A stretch of DNA of 64,000 nt from an uncultured Desulfobacteraceae bacterium (lineage in GTDB: Bacteria > Desulfobacterota > Desulfobacteria > Desulfobacterales > UBA2174), in assembly GCA_937982505.1 (NCBI GenBank), contig CALJLV010000066.1, positions 4,819-68,818 of the forward strand, written 5' to 3'. Below, in pieces: positions 20,001 to 26,702 of this stretch; the first letter of the stretch is position 1; each line of letters starts with the position of its first letter. Made by a program: the position numbers and the translations under genes. The notes under the pieces are model-generated. The model did no database searches. It was not told the DNA's origin and saw only the letters and a program-made list of their open reading frames with translations.

Positions 20001-23000
20001 TACGGACACGGTCGATGCGACGACGGTAACCCTCGCGGCCACGGCATCGGTTCCCGAGGGCGGCCAGATCACCTACACGGCGACGGTGACCCGCACAGCC
20101 CAGACCGATGTGACGGTCAACCTGTCCAACGGGGAAGCGATCGTCATCGCCGGCGGTTCGATCACCGGCACGGTGGCCGTCACCGCTCCAGCGCTGTCCG
20201 GCGAGGTTTCGGCTTTCATCAGCAGCGCCACCGGGGGCAATTTCGAACGGCTCGACCTCGATGCGACGCCGGCGGTCACCCAGGTTTCCGGAATCCTCGA
20301 TACCGACGGCGACGGGATGCCGGACGCCTACGAAACCGACAACGGGCTCGATCCCCAGGTCGATGACGGCGGATCGGATGCGGACGGCGACGGACTTTCC
20401 AACCTGGCCGAGTACAACGCCGGCACCAATCCCCAGGCTGCCGACACGGACAGCGACGGGATGCCGGACAGTTACGAAACCGCCCACGGCCTAAACCCGC
20501 TGGTCGACGACGGCGCCGCCGACCCGGACGGCGACGGCCTGACCAACCTGGCCGAATATCAGGCCGGCACGGCGGCCGACGACCCCGACACGGACGGCGA
20601 CGACTATAGCGACAGTGAGGAAATCACGGCCGGCAGCGATCCGCTGGACGACGCAGAGACCCCCGAACGCCTGGCGCTGGTCGCGCTGTACAACGCCGCG
20701 GGCGGGGCCGGGTGGATGAACCGCAGCGGCTGGCTGGGCGAACCGGGCAGCGAATGCTCATGGTACGGCGTCACCTGCGACGAGGCCGATCACGCCACGC
20801 AACTGGTCTTATCCGGGAACAATCTCAATGGCGATCTACCGCCACGCCTGGGCAGCCTGAAGTACCTGCGGCGCCTGGATCTGAGCAACAACAGCCTTGC
20901 CGGCGGCATCCCGGGGGCGCTGGGGAACCTGACGCGCCTGGAACGGCTGAAGTTGACCGGAAACCGGTTGTCCGGCGCCATTCCGGCAGAACTGGGCAAT
21001 CTGGTTCATCTGGTGGATCTGTATCTCGACGGCAACCAGTTCAACGGCACCATCCCCCAAGCCCTGGCCGGCCTGACGGCTCTGCGCTTCCTGCACCTTG
21101 ACGGCAACCAGCTCGCTGGCGCCATTCCGTCGGACCTGGGCAGCTTGCCCGACTTGCGCAGTTTGGAACTGAGCGGGAACCAGCTGTCCGGGTCCATCCC
21201 GCCGGAACTGGGCAGCCTGTCCAATCTCTTCGCCCTGCACCTCTCCAGCAACCAGCTCAGCGGGAACATCCCGGTTCAACTGGGGAACCTGAGCAACCTG
21301 CAGGAGCTGTGGCTGTCGTCCAACCAGCTTGGCGGTCCGATCCCCGCGGAATTGGGAAATCTGACCAAGCTGTCGGCGCTGCACCTCTCCGCCAACCAGT
21401 TCGACGGATCCATCCCGGCCGCGCTGGGCGGGCTTTCCCTGCTGCGGCGGCTCTACCTGGACGACAACCAGTTCAGCGCAACCCTTCCCCCGGAGCTGGG
21501 GGACCTGACCAGCCTGCAGTATCTGCGAATCAACGACAACCGTCTCGGCGGCCCGGTGCCGCCGGAGATCACCCGCCTGACAGCCCTGATCGACAACCAG
21601 AGCGACTTCCGCAACAACCGCCTGTACACCGACGACAATGCCGTGCGCGGCTTCATGAACGCCAAGCAGATCGATGGGGATTGGGAAAGCACCCAGACCG
21701 GCCCCATCACCGTGGCACTGGCGGCCGGCGATACGGTCGCCGAAGGCGGGCAGATCACCTACACGGCCACCGCCAGCCAAGCCCCCCAGGGCGACATCAC
21801 TGTGGCGCTCTCCAACGGGGGGGCCATCCTTATCCCGGCGGGCGAGACCAGCGGCCATGTCCTCCTGGAGGCCCCCGGGGATGACCCCTACCGCGACGCC
21901 GCAGACATCTCGGTCCACATCACGGATGTCGCCGGCGACAGTCAAGACACGCTATGGATCGATCCGGCCCCGGCGGTCACCCGGATCGTGGACACCATCG
22001 ACACCACCACGGTGGGCCTGAGCACCGCCGACGTGGACGAAAACGCCGCGGGCGTCACCTTCACGGCCACCTTGAACCATCCGGGCCAGACCGACGTCAC
22101 CGTCACCACCACCCTGGGCGACATCCTGATCCCGGCCAGCCAGACCGAGGGAACGCTTTTCATCAACACTCAGGATCCGGATGTCTACGTCGATCCGGGC
22201 AGCCTCACGGCCTCGGTCAGCGGCGTGAGCGGCGGCAATTTCGAGGCCGTCGACTTCAGCGCCGCTTCAGCCACGGCCCGGATCGCCGACACGGTCGACG
22301 TGACCACCGTGCGCCTCAGCGCCCCGGCATCGGTGCCCCGGCAGGGCCGCATCACCTACACGGCCACCCTGGACAACCCGGCCCGCACCGCTTTGACGGT
22401 CGACCTGTCCAACGGACAGACCATCCCCATCGCCGCCGGCGCCGAGAGCGGCAGCGTCACGGTGGATGCCCCCGACCAGGAGGGCGCGGTTCAGGCCCGG
22501 ATCACCGGCACCGGGCCCCACGACTTCGAACGGCTCGACATCGACCCGACCCCCGCCGTCACCCAGGTCTCCGGGATCCTGGACACCGACGGCGACGGGA
22601 TGCCGGACAGTTACGAAACCGCCCACGGCCTGGACCCCTTCGTCGACGACGGCGCCGCCGACCCGGACGGCGACGGCCTGACCAGCCTGGCCGAATATCA
22701 GGCCGGGACAGACCCCCGGATTTCCGACACGGACGCAGACGGGTTGCCTGACGGCGAGGAAGTCCACACCCACGGCACCGATCCGCTGCGGGCGGACACC
22801 GACGGCGACAACCTTTCGGATGGAGACGAAGTCGCCCAGGGAACCGACCCCAACAATGCCCACGACTACCCTCTGACCCCGGGGACCTACCACGTGGACA
22901 GCGACCTCCCGGGCGCCGCGGACGACAGCCGGCACGGCAGATCGGCTGCCGCGCCCTGGAAGACGCTGCACTACGCCGTCGACCGGATCAACAGCGGTCC

Positions 23001-25212
23001 CGCCGGCAGCTACATCCTCCATGTGGGGTCGGGTACGTACAGCCTGGCCGCCGGCGAAGCGGACCGCGAGTTGCGGATCACCCAGGCCCAGATCGCCATC
23101 CTCGGCGAAACCGGCGGCGCCCCGATCCTCGACGGCACCGGCGCCGAGGCCTGGCTTCAGGGCATCTGGGCCATCGCCCCCGCGGTGACCATCGAAAACC
23201 TGGAGGTCACCGGATTCGAGCAGAGCGGCATCCAGGTGGAATCCGCCCTCACGGGAGCCGTGCGGTATTGCAGGGTCTACGGCCCCGCCGGGCCCAACGC
23301 CTGCGGCATCCTCCTGGATCGCGCAGGTGGCGGTGTGGTGGCGGCGGACAATCGGGTCCAAGGGGTGTTCGGCGGCATGGAGGTGGCCGACGGCAGCCCG
23401 GTGTTGACCCGCAACATCCTGGCCGACAACGATATCGGGCTAACCGTTTCATCCTGGGGCCTGCCGGCCGCGCCGACCGTCATGAACACGGTCATCACCG
23501 GCACCGCTGCCTCCGCCATGGGTATTTTCATCCAGGCCGACAACGGCGGAACCGCCTCGCCCCTGATCTACCACAATACCCTTTACGGCAGCGCCGGAAC
23601 CGGACCGGCCATCAGCATCCATCTGCGCTCCGGCGGACTCGATGCCGCGCCGGTGATCCGCTTCAACGCCATCACCGGCTGGGACATCGGAATTGAAAAC
23701 CGCCTCGACCAGCCCGGCACGCCGGTCCTCGACCACAACCTGGTCTGGAACAACCTCATCGCCTACGAAAACACCGCGGCCGGCCCCAACGACATCCACT
23801 ACGATCCGGTCTACGCCGATCCGGCCGCCGGAGACTTCGACCTGGCCGATGGATCCCCGGCCATCGACGCCATTCCGCTCAATGCCGGAGATCCGGTCGG
23901 CGAGGACCACCTGGGCCGGATCCGACCCATCCACACCGGCTTTGACATGGGGGCCTACGAATCGACCGGAACGGCCAACCGGGCGCCGGATCCGCCCGCG
24001 GCGGTAACGCCGGCCGGCGGCGCGCGCATCGACACCCCGGCCGTCACACTGACGGCCACCGTTTTCCACGATCCGGACGGCGACGCCCAAACGGCCAGCC
24101 ACTGGCGGGTGCGGCGGGCCGACGGAAGTTACGGCATGGCCGGCCTGGATCCGTCCTTCACGCTGACGGCCACTTCCGACCCCCTGGACCGCCATCCCGT
24201 ATCCGGCCTGGTGGAAGGCATGCGCTACCTCTGGCGGGTGGGCTACCAGGACGCGGCAGGCAAAATCGCCTGGTCACCGGAGAACTTCTTTACCGTGGGG
24301 ACCCCGGCGGCCGACACGGCGGTGGTGGTCAGCCCCGGCACCCAGGCGTCGGCCTTCCGCATGTTTTCCTTTCCCACCTGGACCACCGCGGCCGACGCCG
24401 CCACGGCCCTGGGAATCGTCTACGACCCGGCCCAGCACCGCATCGGCACCTACGATCCACTGATCGGCGCCTACCGGGAGGTCGGAGAGGGGTTGGGGCT
24501 CGAGCCGGGGCGCGCCTATTGGTTCCTGTGCCGCAACGGCCTGGCGCCCGTGGTCCAAGGGGTCCCGGTGACCTTGGCCGAGCCGGTGGAAATCAGCCTC
24601 CGCTACAACCCGGGGTCCGGCAACGGCTGGAACATGATCGCTCCCCCCAATGAAAGCCACTACAGCTGGTCCGATGTCTGGGTGGTGGAACGCGATGCCG
24701 ACGGCAACGCCATCAACGGCACCCCGGTGAGGGTCTCGGCCCTGGTCCCCGACAACCCGTGGATCGACGTGCGCCTGTGGCGCTGGGAAAACGGGGCCTA
24801 CGCCGCCGATGCCAACCGGTTGACCCATCACGACGGATTCTGGGTGCTGGCGAAAAAGGAAAACGTCCACCTGCGCTTCGATCCCGCCGACCAGATCACC
24901 CGGCGGCCATTGCCCGCCCTGATCCTGGGCGAGGCGGTCCGCCACCTCCAGCGCTGGCCGGCAAGCGGCCTCATGGCCACCGCGCCGGCCCATGCGGTGG
25001 AACTCGACGCCCCGCCGGCGCCCATGAGCGCCCTGGCTGGCGGCGGATACAGCGCCTCCGGCGCTGGGGGTGGCGGGTGCTTTATCGCCGCGGCGGCAGG
25101 CGAAAACCGGTTCACCGCCGGCCGCCTGACGGCGGGGGCCTTGATGGCGGCCCTTCTACTGCTGGCGGCGCGCCTTGCCGCCCGGCGGCGCGGCGGCGGC
25201 CGCCGGCCATGA
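14017..25212 (+). CDS. Giant (3731 aa) mosaic cell-surface protein. Order: signal peptide, 4x alternating beta-sandwich pairs, TSP3-type Ca-binding repeats, 3 plant-type LRR modules, Ig-like repeats, right-handed beta-helix, Cys-containing C-terminal sorting-signal-like tail
   Basis: A single uninterrupted ORF. About 20 DxDxDG-type motifs (for example DTDGDGLTD). About 33 LRR units of 24 residues. A beta-helix region (NRVQG.., NILADN.., NTVITG.., HNTLYG.., FNAITG.., HNLVWNN). The C-terminus is GGGGCFIAAAAG...LMAALLLLAARLAARRRGGGRRP. Confidence 0.9.
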   Translation: MTRQPYCPRQGLNLSLRILSVLLALIAPLFLGENLLAMGEAMTISGSVMHRIDSGGNDYGILDITIVDFSGTLPDDISAITVTYDNGTSGPVDLGLTKDDFTFDPQFNQFYLAAPGVPGLGTYTFTVTAGETEAVDADTQTVIRDIPAPYPGSLYPLANSTVYRPDATFSWEPLTGYTETPLYYRFEVCNDNAGSVGTRVFASGRIRDMYHYTLNDPVLTPGATYWWRVRVTDADAYKTTENRHDTQWRQFTMAASFPTYARPPFISDDTLGAITYSRPGKDPVLYFWVKVVDHQGIPEGGTSHQVKAAFPAGSPAAGAEVMLRFYQGLDWDAGLNRYRAAYYESDFIHTGGADIAGFAGNYVFTVTDASGNASSFTDTLTVSPVEPVVQASIQIDGLPASAAPTVSTTPTVTWAASTSPNVSHYRVRIYQNDAATVVWNGIVGDQTCTVPPGVLAPNGTYRFRLEARDGHQNLEMDNWARTPANAEDYFVFYTGPASAAAPFIDLDKHGVFTSNQDVKGTTLAFWVNVHDARGVPGNIKSVTVRWNDGTQKEARLYHDPERGGNATSGIYWCETFHPPAAATYTFTAEDWDGNSGSATDTLTVDPIGYPAAASLSPNPAMNVPLGTTAVNFTWDAVAGAALYQLQIIDKDWNRYNFFTTDNAFSLAEGLLQDNAYYRYRVLTQREFFEQDVDNLSESPFDGNGYPGFTTSARSGSAAPTIAMDDGVTVSRLEIASLGGTVYILELDVAVTDPDGVPENIQTVTVTYPDGTTVRDLKLDDVRGANQGDYEAPIVFYSNPAEIQQGVYTFTVTDFDGRTATVSDTLVVDPLPAVTALWPQPNSTVSAGGLIIDWTDVPGAVAYIVEIMKDYDDHHRSPRLAQSFYQVPAGVLADRNTYSYRVSAVRENPETEDVDNVSHTHTGLDSQDPHFTALASVVDNDGDGMDDHWETGWFGDTTTAGVATDFDGDGLSDFDEYGHSTNPKVSDTDGDGLTDSQEVNTHGTNPLTADTDADGMTDAYEIASGLDPLADDGGGDPDGDGLSNREEYTAGTDPNRADTDSDLMRDGYEVAHGLDPLTDDGEADLDGDGVPNVSEFIFGTAADNPDTDGDGYGDGEEMDAGSDPLAALETPERLALVALYNAAGGAGWTNATGWMGAAGTECTWYGVTCDDNGRVIELQLSGNLLIGVIPPELSHLKYLVELNLNTNQLSGSIPAELGNLVNLAKLNLSHNQLTGAIPAALGNLTNLQLLSVWANQLSGSIPTALGSLSNLIELDLSANQLEGSIPAELGNLENLVFLFVNQNRLEGPIPAALGNLANLEYLYINDNRLAGPVPAEISNLTALLDNGSDFRNNALFTYDETVRTFMNAKQIDGDWESSQTLPADLDSDGDGIPDTYETAHGLDPLADDGDGDLDGDGLTNLAEYQAGTAADNPDTDGDGYTDKEEITAGSDPLAALETPERLALIALYNAAGGAGWTDNTGWLGEPGSECDWYGIECDDNGHVVALRLAENHLVGSLPAAMGNLKFLHSLYLYTNQLSGPLPAELGGLANLSILHLHDNQFSGALPGQIGNLVNLSWMSLSANQFSGAVPVELGNLANLYHLDLSDNRFTGPIPATIGRLSRLESFYAASGGLSGAIPDELGNLARLKTLHLPGNQLSGSIPAAVGDLTDLTWLSLSTNPLSGQIPPELGNLANLEYLYLDNNQLSGSIPATLGNLAALVDLDLTYNQLTGGIPAELGGLTRLRRLELKANQLGGDIPGELGNLANLEDLDLAYNQLAGDIPSSLGVLTNLTGLYLDNNQLTGGIPADLGFLTNLTTLNLHANQLSGPIPAELGNLAGLQFLHINDNRLGGPVPEQIKHLVSLVDNQSDFRNNALYTEDDTVRAFLNAKQTGGDWESSQAPPITVSLSAPAWVDEGGQIPYTATLDAPALGDMTVTLSNGLILIIPAGTLSGGQTVDAPGDDPYLDSEDVAVNINDATAGDFERILVDPTPAVTRITDTVDATTVTLAATASVPEGGQITYTATVTRTAQTDVTVNLSNGEAIVIAGGSITGTVAVTAPALSGEVSAFISSATGGNFERLDLDATPAVTQVSGILDTDGDGMPDAYETDNGLDPQVDDGGSDADGDGLSNLAEYNAGTNPQAADTDSDGMPDSYETAHGLNPLVDDGAADPDGDGLTNLAEYQAGTAADDPDTDGDDYSDSEEITAGSDPLDDAETPERLALVALYNAAGGAGWMNRSGWLGEPGSECSWYGVTCDEADHATQLVLSGNNLNGDLPPRLGSLKYLRRLDLSNNSLAGGIPGALGNLTRLERLKLTGNRLSGAIPAELGNLVHLVDLYLDGNQFNGTIPQALAGLTALRFLHLDGNQLAGAIPSDLGSLPDLRSLELSGNQLSGSIPPELGSLSNLFALHLSSNQLSGNIPVQLGNLSNLQELWLSSNQLGGPIPAELGNLTKLSALHLSANQFDGSIPAALGGLSLLRRLYLDDNQFSATLPPELGDLTSLQYLRINDNRLGGPVPPEITRLTALIDNQSDFRNNRLYTDDNAVRGFMNAKQIDGDWESTQTGPITVALAAGDTVAEGGQITYTATASQAPQGDITVALSNGGAILIPAGETSGHVLLEAPGDDPYRDAADISVHITDVAGDSQDTLWIDPAPAVTRIVDTIDTTTVGLSTADVDENAAGVTFTATLNHPGQTDVTVTTTLGDILIPASQTEGTLFINTQDPDVYVDPGSLTASVSGVSGGNFEAVDFSAASATARIADTVDVTTVRLSAPASVPRQGRITYTATLDNPARTALTVDLSNGQTIPIAAGAESGSVTVDAPDQEGAVQARITGTGPHDFERLDIDPTPAVTQVSGILDTDGDGMPDSYETAHGLDPFVDDGAADPDGDGLTSLAEYQAGTDPRISDTDADGLPDGEEVHTHGTDPLRADTDGDNLSDGDEVAQGTDPNNAHDYPLTPGTYHVDSDLPGAADDSRHGRSAAAPWKTLHYAVDRINSGPAGSYILHVGSGTYSLAAGEADRELRITQAQIAILGETGGAPILDGTGAEAWLQGIWAIAPAVTIENLEVTGFEQSGIQVESALTGAVRYCRVYGPAGPNACGILLDRAGGGVVAADNRVQGVFGGMEVADGSPVLTRNILADNDIGLTVSSWGLPAAPTVMNTVITGTAASAMGIFIQADNGGTASPLIYHNTLYGSAGTGPAISIHLRSGGLDAAPVIRFNAITGWDIGIENRLDQPGTPVLDHNLVWNNLIAYENTAAGPNDIHYDPVYADPAAGDFDLADGSPAIDAIPLNAGDPVGEDHLGRIRPIHTGFDMGAYESTGTANRAPDPPAAVTPAGGARIDTPAVTLTATVFHDPDGDAQTASHWRVRRADGSYGMAGLDPSFTLTATSDPLDRHPVSGLVEGMRYLWRVGYQDAAGKIAWSPENFFTVGTPAADTAVVVSPGTQASAFRMFSFPTWTTAADAATALGIVYDPAQHRIGTYDPLIGAYREVGEGLGLEPGRAYWFLCRNGLAPVVQGVPVTLAEPVEISLRYNPGSGNGWNMIAPPNESHYSWSDVWVVERDADGNAINGTPVRVSALVPDNPWIDVRLWRWENGAYAADANRLTHHDGFWVLAKKENVHLRFDPADQITRRPLPALILGEAVRHLQRWPASGLMATAPAHAVELDAPPAPMSALAGGGYSASGAGGGGCFIAAAAGENRFTAGRLTAGALMAALLLLAARLAARRRGGGRRP
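17398..18153 (+). repeat. LRR module 1 inside the giant gene: LRRNT-like cap, about 7 units of 24 aa (72-bp DNA period), conserved C-cap
   Basis: The cap reads ETPERLALVALYNAAGGAGWTNATGW..ECTWYGVTCDDNGRVIELQL. Units such as LSGSIPAELGNLVNLAKLNLSHNQ follow. It ends ...FRNNALFTYDETVRTFMNAKQIDGDWESSQT. Confidence 0.85.
18382..19710 (+). repeat. LRR module 2 inside the giant gene: cap, about 15 units of 24 aa, C-cap
   Basis: Same organisation as module 1: ETPERLALIALYNAAGGAGW..ECDWYGIECDDNGHVVALRL ... FRNNALYTEDDTVRAFLNAKQTGGDWESSQ. Confidence 0.85.
20656..21699 (+). repeat. LRR module 3 inside the giant gene: cap, about 11 units of 24 aa, C-cap
   Basis: ETPERLALVALYNAAGGAGW..ECSWYGVTCDEADHATQLVL ... 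FRNNRLYTDDNAVRGFMNAKQIDGDWESTQT. Confidence 0.85.
25039..25209 (+). other. C-terminal tripartite sorting-signal-like segment of the giant protein
   Basis: The segment has three parts. First a Gly/Ser-rich stretch with a Cys (GGGYSASGAGGGGCFIAAAAG; Cys codon at 25078-25080). Then a hydrophobic helix (LTAGALMAALLLLAARLAA). Then a basic tail (RRRGGGRRP) ending the protein. Confidence 0.6.
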
Positions 25213-26702
25213 CCCTGCGCGCCGCGGGAAGCGCAATCCCGCTCGGCCTCGGCTTGGCGGCATCCCAGCTGGCGGCCACGGTGCTGGTCCACCAGGCCAA
25301 CCTGGACCTGCAGCAGGAAATGGCGGCCGTCCTGGCCGCGGGATATCTCCCCGTCCCTTCCCCGGCGGTGATGGACCAGCTGTCGCGGTGGTCCCATGCC
25401 CTGCTGGGGGGCGTCTTTTTCACCCTGACGGGCGGCAGCCTGACGGTGCTGGGGGCCGCGGCCAGCCTGAAACTGGCCCGGCATCTCGCATGGCCGACCG
25501 CCGGGCAGGTCGGCCTGCTGCTCTTTTTGGCCCTGTTGCTGACCGCCTTTCTCAACCACAGAGGCATCAGCCCGGGGCCGACCCTCTACGTATGGAGCAT
25601 CCTGGCGGCCGTGGCCGTCGGCGCCCGGGTGGCGGCAAAGGCGCCGGGAGCCCCGGGAACCCCCCGCAGCCGCATCTGGCCGGTGGCCGGTCCGCTGATG
25701 CTCCTGGCGGCGGTCTGGCTCGGCCGTCTGGACGGGGATCTGTTCGTGGACATCCGGGATCGGCTCCTCCTGTCCAACCCCCTGGGCGCTGGAATCGCCG
25801 AGTTTTACTATGACTACAACCTGCTGGCCGTCCAGGCGATGGCGCCGATGCGCCACCGGACCGTGATCGGCGTCGACCTGGGACCGATGCGCGACGAGCC
25901 GCGGACCCGTCGCCTGGCGGATGTCCTGCGGCGCGTCGACCTGCTGAACGTGGCAGGCCGGGCCGGGGCCAGTATCGTTGTGCGGCCGGAAGGGGAATTG
26001 CTGCGCTGGCAGGATCCGTCCGGCCGCGGCCTGACGGTGGGCCGGGCGGAGGTGCTGGAACGCCCCGGGGCAGTGCTGGAGCGGTTTTCAAGGCAGGTCG
26101 ACACCCGGGAGCCCTTTCGCCTCCTGACCCTGGCGGGGATCCTTCTGGGCTTTCCCATTCTTCTCTATCTGCTGGTCTTCGGGGGGGTTGAGGCCGCAAC
26201 GGCCCTTTTCCTGGGGCCGCGGGCGGTCTGGGCCGCAGCGGCGGTCTGCCTGGCCCTGGGCGGGGCCCTGTTTTACCCGGTCGCCACGGCTCCCGGAGCC
26301 GGCTGCGGCCGGGACACCGACCCGCTTCTGTGGTCCCAGGGCGGTTCGGCGGCAAGAGTCTCTCTCCTGCGCCAGGCCGCACGCCAGGGCACTGATCCGC
26401 TGGCCTATCCCCGGGCCGGCGAACTGGCGCACAGTCCGCGGCTGGTGGAGCGCTACTGGTTTGCCAGGGCCCTGGGCGGCGCCCGCTCGCCGCGGGCATT
26501 CGCTCTGGCGGCCGAAATGACGGGCGATGAAAGCCCCATGGTGACCTGCCAGGCCTGCTTTGCGCTGGGGGAGATGGGACGGGTGGAGGCCATCCCCCTG
26601 CTGCTGGCGTTTATGCGACACGGAAACCACTGGTATACCCAGCGCTACGCCTACGATGCCTTGAGAAAGCTCGGATGGAGCCAACCCGCATCCTCCCGCT
26701 GA
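25209..26702 (+). CDS. Polytopic membrane protein with a C-terminal HEAT-like repeat region (unknown function)
   Basis: The ATG at 25209 overlaps the giant-gene stop (ATGA). There are several hydrophobic helices and a soluble middle region. C-terminal helical repeats read ...CQACFALGEMGRVEAIPLLLAFM.... No family recognised. Confidence 0.65.
   Translation: MTLRAAGSAIPLGLGLAASQLAATVLVHQANLDLQQEMAAVLAAGYLPVPSPAVMDQLSRWSHALLGGVFFTLTGGSLTVLGAAASLKLARHLAWPTAGQVGLLLFLALLLTAFLNHRGISPGPTLYVWSILAAVAVGARVAAKAPGAPGTPRSRIWPVAGPLMLLAAVWLGRLDGDLFVDIRDRLLLSNPLGAGIAEFYYDYNLLAVQAMAPMRHRTVIGVDLGPMRDEPRTRRLADVLRRVDLLNVAGRAGASIVVRPEGELLRWQDPSGRGLTVGRAEVLERPGAVLERFSRQVDTREPFRLLTLAGILLGFPILLYLLVFGGVEAATALFLGPRAVWAAAAVCLALGGALFYPVATAPGAGCGRDTDPLLWSQGGSAARVSLLRQAARQGTDPLAYPRAGELAHSPRLVERYWFARALGGARSPRAFALAAEMTGDESPMVTCQACFALGEMGRVEAIPLLLAFMRHGNHWYTQRYAYDALRKLGWSQPASSR

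Noticed and set aside
17600-21600. Regular 72-bp periodic repeats that could superficially resemble a CRISPR or other tandem-repeat array
   Set aside because: The periodicity lies entirely within one long ORF and corresponds to 24-residue LRR units. There are no unique spacers and no cas genes.
24759-25208. Upstream extension of the membrane-protein ORF (24759..26702) into the giant gene
   Set aside because: It overlaps the giant protein's C-terminal domain out of frame. The ATG at 25209 gives an ATGA stop/start coupling and an immediately hydrophobic N-terminus.
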